Of a stretch of 50,557 bases of DNA, positions 44,922-50,557 are shown piece after piece. The notes beneath the pieces are model-generated. The model was given only the letters and a program-made list of their open reading frames with translations, did no database searches and was not told the DNA's origin. The DNA comes from Candidatus Woesearchaeota archaeon (GTDB lineage Archaea > Nanobdellota > Nanobdellia > Woesearchaeales > GW2011-AR9), in the NCBI GenBank assembly GCA_018303265.1, contig JAGVYN010000012.1, positions 1 to 50,557 of the forward strand. The letters run 5' to 3'. The position numbers were made by a program, and so were the translations under genes. Within the stretch, counting starts at the first letter, position 1. Each line of letters opens with the position of its first letter.

Positions 44922-45713
44922 ATGAAGTATTGGAAAAAAAAGCATTCCACTTTGAATCGCATTATATTTAGGATTAATCTTTTGAAAAATAGCATAAAAG
45001 ATTTTTCGGTTTTTAAGAAAGTTCCAGCTTTTATAATAAGACAGTTTGGCCCAAATTTAGAAAGAGAATATGGAAAACTGACTATTTTACCGGATTTTTC
45101 AAAAAAGTTTGTATATGTGCCGCTTGGTTTTCAGCCGGAGCGCACTACCAGTCCGCAAGGGGATATGTTTGTTGATCAGATCTTAATGATTGAAACTATT
45201 TCCGCGTCTTTGCCTAAAGATTGGATTATTTATGTAAAAGAACATCCTTCTCAGTGGTGGTTAAGAAGTGGTATTCGTTATTCTTGCGCTCGTTATAAGG
45301 GGTATTATCGCCGAATTGCCAAAATAAAAAATGTTAAATTAGTTCCTATCACTACTAACACTTATAACTTAATTGATAAAGCGCAGGCAGTGGCTGTGGC
45401 GACGGGTACCGCTGGTTGGGAAGCGCTTCTCCGTTCAAAACCAACTTTAGCTTTCGGTTATCCATGGTACCGAGATTGCCCGGAATTGTTTAGGATAAAT
45501 AGCGTTGAATTATGTAAGTCCGCCCTTGATAAAATTAATAATGGTTGGAAAGTAAATCAACAAAAAATGATTTATTATTTGAAGTGTTTTGATAATGTTG
45601 CTTTACACGGCTCCCCGGAAGTTTTTGTCGCCAAGAAATCAAAGGTCAGTGAACAAGAAACTAGAGATAATATGTTCAAGGCCTTCGTGACAGAAGTGGA
45701 GAATTTACCTTAA
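44922..45713 (+). CDS. capsule/polysaccharide biosynthesis protein-like (KpsS/KpsC-type domain), possibly N-terminally truncated
   Basis: FVYVPLGFQPERTTSPQGDMFVDQ...YVKEHPSQW...VATGTAGWEALL resembles the C-terminal half of Capsule_synth-type enzymes. The reading frame is closed by a stop 30 nt upstream of the ATG. Confidence 0.4.
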   Translation: MKYWKKKHSTLNRIIFRINLLKNSIKDFSVFKKVPAFIIRQFGPNLEREYGKLTILPDFSKKFVYVPLGFQPERTTSPQGDMFVDQILMIETISASLPKDWIIYVKEHPSQWWLRSGIRYSCARYKGYYRRIAKIKNVKLVPITTNTYNLIDKAQAVAVATGTAGWEALLRSKPTLAFGYPWYRDCPELFRINSVELCKSALDKINNGWKVNQQKMIYYLKCFDNVALHGSPEVFVAKKSKVSEQETRDNMFKAFVTEVENLP

Positions 45714-45722
45714 AGATATATT

Positions 45723-46100
45723 ATGATTGCGAATAAAATTGATGAGAGTGTCGGGGTTGATATTGAGGATATCGGCAGGTTTAGGAAACTTGACCAAAAA
45801 AATAGTGGGGTTTTTTTGAAAAAGGTTTACACCAAAAACGAATTGGACTATTGTTTCTGGAAGGCCGTTCCGGCTCAGCATCTGGCTGTTAGGTTTGCTG
45901 GCAAAGAAGCTGTTTTAAAGGCGTTAAGCGGTTTAGGTTTGTCTCCTGTTGATTATAATACGATAGAAATTTTTAATAATGACAGAGGGGCGCCGCAAGT
46001 TAGATTTTGTGGGCATAAAAATTTTAAGAAGTTGGGTGTAAAGATAAGTTTGTCCCATTGTCGAGACAAGGCATTAGCTTTCGTTGTTATAAAAAAGTAA
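45723..46100 (+). CDS. acpS: holo-ACP synthase (AcpS-type 4'-phosphopantetheinyl transferase)
   Basis: VGVDIEDIGRF, FAGKEAVLKAL and KISLSH, in 125 aa. Confidence 0.8.
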   Translation: MIANKIDESVGVDIEDIGRFRKLDQKNSGVFLKKVYTKNELDYCFWKAVPAQHLAVRFAGKEAVLKALSGLGLSPVDYNTIEIFNNDRGAPQVRFCGHKNFKKLGVKISLSHCRDKALAFVVIKK

Positions 46101-46102
46101 TT

Positions 46103-46300
46103 ATGATAAGTAAAAAAGAAATAAAAAAAGAAATAAAAAAATTCTTCGCTACCGATTTAGATTCTTTCGCTTATCTACAATTGGTCTCTGACTTGGAAAA
46201 AAAATTTGAGGTAGAATTGACTATGGCGGAAGCGTTGACGGCCGATAGTGTGGAAAAATTCGCTAAAATTATCTGTCGCAAATTAAAGAAAAAATCATGA
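46103..46300 (+). CDS. acyl carrier protein
   Basis: 65 aa with DLDSFAYLQLVSDLEKKFEVEL (DSx phosphopantetheine-attachment motif). The ATG at 46103 lies 3 nt after the acpS stop. Confidence 0.7.
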   Translation: MISKKEIKKEIKKFFATDLDSFAYLQLVSDLEKKFEVELTMAEALTADSVEKFAKIICRKLKKKS

Positions 46301-47793
46301 AACTGGATTTTAAGAATTTTTCTCAGATTTTGAATTACTGGGCAGTTGAAACACCCGAAAAGATTTTTGTTACTGACATTCTGTCGGGTAAGAGCTGTTC
46401 TTACGCAGATTTTAACAAACTGGTAAATTCCACCACCAGATTTCTTAAGAAACATGGGGTTGGGCGAGGTGATATAGTTTCGCTTTGTTTGAGAAACTCT
46501 TTGGAATTTCTCGTCGCTTATTTTGCCACTATTCGTTTGGGCGCGATTATCAATCCAATTCCAATTTCAGTGGCAGATAAAGAACTGGCCGCCAATTTAG
46601 ATTTTTCGAAACCTAAACTATCGCTGTTGGAAGTTCCATCAACTAAAATTGCCAAGCGACACAAAATTTTTAGCGTTAAATTCCAAGGCAAAGGAGCATT
46701 TCTCAAGATTCTGAAAAATTTTTCCGACAAAAAACTCTCTATCAGTTTGGATGAAGATAAACCTGTCTGTTTGTATTACTCTTCTGGGACAACAGCCAAG
46801 CCGAAAGGTATAATTTTCTCGCACCGTGGTATCATTAATATCATTTCAGCAACTTGCCGGTGGTTTGGACACAATTCAAATAGCCGGCATTTGGCGATTT
46901 TGCCAATGGCCCACACTTCAGTAATGCATTATTCTGTGCTACCAGTTTTGTATGTCGGCGGTAGTTTTGTCTTTGCCGAGAATTTTATTAAGATTAGAAA
47001 GGATTTCTGGCGGATTATCAGAGATTACAAAGTGAACTATGTTCAAACTGTTCCAACGATTATTTTGATGATTTTAAGTATTACTTATTCTAATTATCAT
47101 CGTTCAAGATTGATTTTACCTTACATTGCTTGCGGTTCCGCTCCTTTGCCGGAGAAAAACAAAAAATTATTTGAGAATAGATTTGGTCTACGGTTAGCGA
47201 ATTTGTATGGTTTGTCCGAAGCCGGACACTTGGCTTCCGATTATCCTTTTGAAAAGGGGCAAAAGCCGGGCAGTATTGGTCGGCCATTGGACATTGTTGA
47301 CTTGAAAGTTTTTGATGACCAAGGGCGAGAAGCGCCAGTTGGTCAAACCGGCGAAATTGCGGTAAAGACCCCCGGTTTCTTTTTGGGTTATCACAAAGAC
47401 AAAAAACTTTATGAGTCCAGTTTTAAAAACGGTTATTTTTGTACTGGTGATTTAGCATGGAAAGACAATTCCAGTATTCTTTATTATGTTGGCCGCAAGA
47501 AAGATTTGATCATAAAAGGCGGAGTGAATATTTCTCCAAATTTAATTGATGAGGTATTGGTTAAACATCCGGCGGTGGCAGAGGCGGCCTCGGTTGGTAA
47601 ACCCGACGAATTATTCGGCGAAGTCGCAAAAAGCTTTGTGGTTTTGAAATTTGGTCGATTGGTTTCGCAAAAAGAACTTTTTGATTATTGCCGGAGAGAG
47701 CTGGGTGAATTTAAGTCGCCTAGCGAGATTGAATTTATCAAAGAAATTCCTAAAACCGCTTCGGGAAAGATTTTGAGGCGAAAATTAAAATGA
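46297..47793 (+). CDS. AMP-dependent acyl-CoA/acyl-ACP ligase (adenylate-forming enzyme)
   Basis: YYSSGTTAKPKG (AMP-binding signature), YGLSEAG, TGDLAWKD, GRKKDLIIKGGVNISP and PKTASGKILRRKL. Confidence 0.85.
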   Translation: MKLDFKNFSQILNYWAVETPEKIFVTDILSGKSCSYADFNKLVNSTTRFLKKHGVGRGDIVSLCLRNSLEFLVAYFATIRLGAIINPIPISVADKELAANLDFSKPKLSLLEVPSTKIAKRHKIFSVKFQGKGAFLKILKNFSDKKLSISLDEDKPVCLYYSSGTTAKPKGIIFSHRGIINIISATCRWFGHNSNSRHLAILPMAHTSVMHYSVLPVLYVGGSFVFAENFIKIRKDFWRIIRDYKVNYVQTVPTIILMILSITYSNYHRSRLILPYIACGSAPLPEKNKKLFENRFGLRLANLYGLSEAGHLASDYPFEKGQKPGSIGRPLDIVDLKVFDDQGREAPVGQTGEIAVKTPGFFLGYHKDKKLYESSFKNGYFCTGDLAWKDNSSILYYVGRKKDLIIKGGVNISPNLIDEVLVKHPAVAEAASVGKPDELFGEVAKSFVVLKFGRLVSQKELFDYCRRELGEFKSPSEIEFIKEIPKTASGKILRRKLK

Positions 47794-48780
47794 GGTCAAT
47801 TTATATTCAAAAACCAGGAACAATCAAGATCGTTGATGGTTTGAAGTTGCCGTCATTGCGGCGAGGCGAGGCCTTACTCAAGGTAAATTATATTGGTATC
47901 TGTGGTTCGGATGTCAGTATTTACTTGGGTGAAATGCCGATGGTTGTAGAGTTTCCAAGAATTATCGGGCATGAAATATCGGCAGAAATAATGAAAATAG
48001 GAAAGAACAAACAAGGATTCAGGGTGGGGAATTTAGTAACCGTTCTGCCTTATTTTAATTGTAAAAATTTTGGTCAGCGGCTTTGTCCGGCTTGCGCCGA
48101 AGGCCGCGGCTAGCGATTATATTGCGGTGCCCATTGAAAACCTAGTTTCTGGTGGCGATCTTTCCGCCAAGATGCTTACTTTAGCAGAGCCGTTCGCTGT
48201 CAGTTATCACGCTGTTAAGAAAGCTCGGCCGCGTGTTGGCGACAATGTTTTGATAATAGGTGCTGGGCCGATTGGTGTGGCGGCGATGACTGTCGTTAAA
48301 TTTTTTGGAGCTAAAGTTTATATTATTGATGTCAATAGACGACGATTGAAGTTAGCAAAACAACTTGGCGCAGACGGCGTTTTTAATCCCAACACCGATG
48401 ATTTTGAAAAGTTTGTTAAAAAAGCTACCTTTGGTAAGGGAATGGATTTATGCGTGGAGGCCTCAGGCAATTCGTTGGCAGCTATCAATTGTGTCAAAGC
48501 TCTTCGCCAGCCCAATCGGACGGTGGTGGCCATTGCTCATTCTAAAAAGCCACTCAATAATTTTTTCCAATCGGAATTGGTCAAACGCGAAGGTGTCTAT
48601 CGGGGCTCAAGAAACAGCGTTTTGTCCGATTTTCTGGAAGTAGTGAAAATTCTATCAAGGCGACCGGACATTGAAAAAATGATAACCAAGGTATATTCTG
48701 TTGCCGAAGCGCCGCAGGCATTCAAAGATTTAACAAATAGTGATGGCAAATTACATTTGAAATCACTATTAAAATTTTAA
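47790..48780 (+). pseudogene. zinc-dependent medium-chain dehydrogenase (Tdh/sorbitol-DH-like), internally deleted and frameshifted
   Basis: The N-terminal ORF carries GICGSDVSIYLG...PRIIGHEISAEI and CPACAEGRG, then a TAG at 48111. The +1-frame ORF resumes at DYIAVP...LAEPFAVSYHAV...LIIGAGPIGV. The expected 15-20 residues between these (fourth structural-zinc Cys to GGFA) are absent. Confidence 0.6.
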
Positions 48781-48785
48781 AGATT

Positions 48786-49598
48786 ATGATTTCATCATTT
48801 CAACCACTATATAAAGCGAATGGCAAAGAGATTTTTTCCAGCGATATCATTGCCGCCTTGGGAAAAGTCGGAATAAAAAATGGCGACACGATTTTTGTCC
48901 ATTCTGATGTTTCCGTTTTTGGAAAATTGGCGTTTCCTCTTGGCCGTGAATTGTTGCTCGGCGCATTAGTCGAAGTTTTAAAAAGAGCTGTTGGAAGAGA
49001 GGGAACTCTAATTATGCCGACTTTTACCTATAGTTTTTGCAAAGGTGAAATTTATGATATTGATAAAAGCCGGTCAACGGTAGGCGCGTTGACGGAATTC
49101 TTCAGGAATCAGCCCGGGGTCAAAAGAAATTTTCAACCGATTTTTTCGGTGGCGGCTTGGGGCAAGAATAAGGCGAATTATTTGAAGACAGGCAAAGATT
49201 CTTCCGGTAAGGATTCAATCTTTGATAAATTATTGAAAGGCAAAGGAAAAATCGTTTTTTTTGGCGCCTCGTTTCAGTCGTGCACCTTTCTTCATTTTGT
49301 GGAACAAACTCAGGGGGTGCCCTATCGTCACCTAAAAACTTTCAGGGGTTGGATTAAAAATAAACAAGAAAAATATCGGGACGAGTGTGTTTTTCTGGTT
49401 CGCAATCTAAATCAAGAGATAATCAAAGACACTTCAAAGTTAGAGAAACATCTCAACCGAAAAAAGTTAATCAAAAGGGTTGGCTTGGGGACGGGAGAAA
49501 TTTTGGCGGTTAATGTGACGGATTTGTTTCGTGAAGCGACAAGAATGCTCAAACGGAACGCTTACTATTTTCTTAAAGGTAAACCTAATGAGAAATAA
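48786..49598 (+). CDS. AAC(3)-family (aminoglycoside 3-N-acetyltransferase-like) N-acyltransferase
   Basis: GDTIFVHSDVSVFGKL, GTLIMPTFTYSF and STVGALTEFFR. Confidence 0.7.
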   Translation: MISSFQPLYKANGKEIFSSDIIAALGKVGIKNGDTIFVHSDVSVFGKLAFPLGRELLLGALVEVLKRAVGREGTLIMPTFTYSFCKGEIYDIDKSRSTVGALTEFFRNQPGVKRNFQPIFSVAAWGKNKANYLKTGKDSSGKDSIFDKLLKGKGKIVFFGASFQSCTFLHFVEQTQGVPYRHLKTFRGWIKNKQEKYRDECVFLVRNLNQEIIKDTSKLEKHLNRKKLIKRVGLGTGEILAVNVTDLFREATRMLKRNAYYFLKGKPNEK

Positions 49599-50256
49599 TT
49601 TAATAAATTCATATCACTCTAAACTGGTTGCGGACCAAGAAAAAACCAACAAGGTATTTTTGAGTCAAAGAGTTTTTATGACCGTGAACCGATTCTTGGA
49701 ACTTTTCACTGGCCAGACACTCAGTGGGAGAATTTTGGATTTAGGTTGCGGTGATGGCAGTTTTGTTGATTATTGCAATAATCATAACTTAGACGCTAAA
49801 GGCGTTGATATCGCTGACGGGATTGATTTTGAATCTGACAAGTTGCCTTATAGAGACAATCAGTTTAGTTTTGTTTTTATGGGTTCGGTTTTGGAACACC
49901 TTAACAATCCGTCAAACATTTTGAATGAAGTGAAAAGAGTTTTGGTAAAAGGAGGTGTGTTGATTGTTATCACTCCTAATATTGACCGAGTCAAGTTTCA
50001 TTTCTATGACGACCCGACCCATGTTCGGCCTTACAATCCGACAAACATCTCTCGGTTGATGGAAATGTTTGGTTTAAAAAGAATAGCCATCGGTTTGTGG
50101 ACAGTGGGTAAATCTTCTTTTGTTTGGAAATGGCCATTGGAGTTGCAGTTTCTCTGTGGTCGATTGTTGCCTTTTGCCGGCTTGAACAAACAAGCGCCAA
50201 GTTTTTTGAGAGGTAAATCAAAAACGATGCTTTGCGTTTTTAGGAAAGAAAAATAA
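49588..50256 (+). CDS. class I SAM-dependent methyltransferase
   Basis: ILDLGCGDGSF (motif I), FVFMGSVLEHL and GGVLIVITPN. I take the ATG at 49588, which overlaps the AAC(3) gene by 11 nt. Confidence 0.75.
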   Translation: MRNNLINSYHSKLVADQEKTNKVFLSQRVFMTVNRFLELFTGQTLSGRILDLGCGDGSFVDYCNNHNLDAKGVDIADGIDFESDKLPYRDNQFSFVFMGSVLEHLNNPSNILNEVKRVLVKGGVLIVITPNIDRVKFHFYDDPTHVRPYNPTNISRLMEMFGLKRIAIGLWTVGKSSFVWKWPLELQFLCGRLLPFAGLNKQAPSFLRGKSKTMLCVFRKEK

Positions 50257-50263
50257 AATTGAG

Positions 50264-50557
50264 ATGAAAAATGAGACAATAAAAAAAGGGATGATTACTT
50301 TGTCCAAGAAATTATTTCCAATTTGCCGGAGCATTACCGGAAATGGCTTGAGACAGACACTGAATATTATTCAAGAACATATTCCGATTAAAATTTTTGA
50401 AGTGCCATCGGGAACCAAGGTTTTTGACTGGTCCATTCCAAGAGAGTGGAATATCCACGATGCCTATATTAAGGATTCAAAAGGAAAAAAAATTATTGAT
50501 TTCAAAAAATCCAATCTTCATGTGGTCGGCTATAGTGTTCCGGTCAAAAAGAAAATG
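50264..50557 (+). CDS. DUF4910/aminopeptidase-like-domain protein (N-terminal part, runs off window end)
   Basis: The ATG at 50264 is open to the window end. LFPICRSITGNGLRQTLNIIQEHIPIKIFEVPSGTKVFDWSIPREWNIHDAYIKDSKGKKIIDF...NLHVVGYSVP is the characteristic N-terminus of this family, which is common in glycan clusters. Not in the supplied ORF track. Confidence 0.6.
   Translation, partial: MKNETIKKGMITLSKKLFPICRSITGNGLRQTLNIIQEHIPIKIFEVPSGTKVFDWSIPREWNIHDAYIKDSKGKKIIDFKKSNLHVVGYSVPVKKKM

Noticed and set aside
1-50557. Search by eye for tRNA (T-loop GGTTCRAWYC), rRNA, CRISPR repeat-spacer arrays, transposase/integrase genes and inverted terminal repeats.
   Set aside because: I found none. Visual scanning is not sensitive, so tRNAscan-type, Infernal and CRISPR-finder runs are still needed.

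Overview
This window looks like a contig from an AT-rich, small-genome archaeon. A DPANN-like origin is inference only. The archaeal assignment rests on archaea/eukaryote-specific genes: fibrillarin and Nop5, eS4, eL32, eL19, eL34, eL14, eS1, aIF1/SUI1, RNase P Rpp29, Pelota and a two-subunit archaeal PheRS.

The core is a peroxiredoxin followed by an uninterrupted ribosomal-protein supercluster of about 16.5 kb (5.5-22.0 kb). It runs in canonical archaeal order from uL3 to uL15, then secY, a DUF106/YidC-like insertase, eL34 and eL14. After it come pheT, a Yip1-like gene, pheS, a TrmB regulator, Pelota and, further on, eS1.

Four accessory blocks stand out:
- **28.3-33.6 kb:** an operon-like run of secreted and membrane proteins with no recognisable families. 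One of them is broken by a perfect 61-bp tandem duplication.
- **34.7-40.2 kb, minus strand:** two glutamate-cysteine-ligase-superfamily ligases, each followed by a Cys2 Ntn (class II GATase/EgtC-like) amidohydrolase. A C39-like domain with substituted catalytic residues and a CxxC glutaredoxin-like protein accompany them. This is my best candidate for an undescribed system.
- **42.8-44.9 kb:** a strongly AT-rich island carrying a MetRS-like class I aaRS paralog that has lost its HIGH and KMSKS motifs, plus an 82-aa partner.
- **44.9-50.6 kb:** a bacterial-style glycan N-acylation cluster (AcpS, ACP, AMP-ligase, dehydrogenase, AAC(3)-like acyltransferase, methyltransferase, DUF4910). Its dehydrogenase is internally deleted and frameshifted.

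A bacterial-type gpsA (sn-glycerol-3-phosphate dehydrogenase) is also present. I could not recognise any rRNA, tRNA, CRISPR array, transposase or integrase by eye. All family calls come from motif recognition in the supplied translations, not from database searches.
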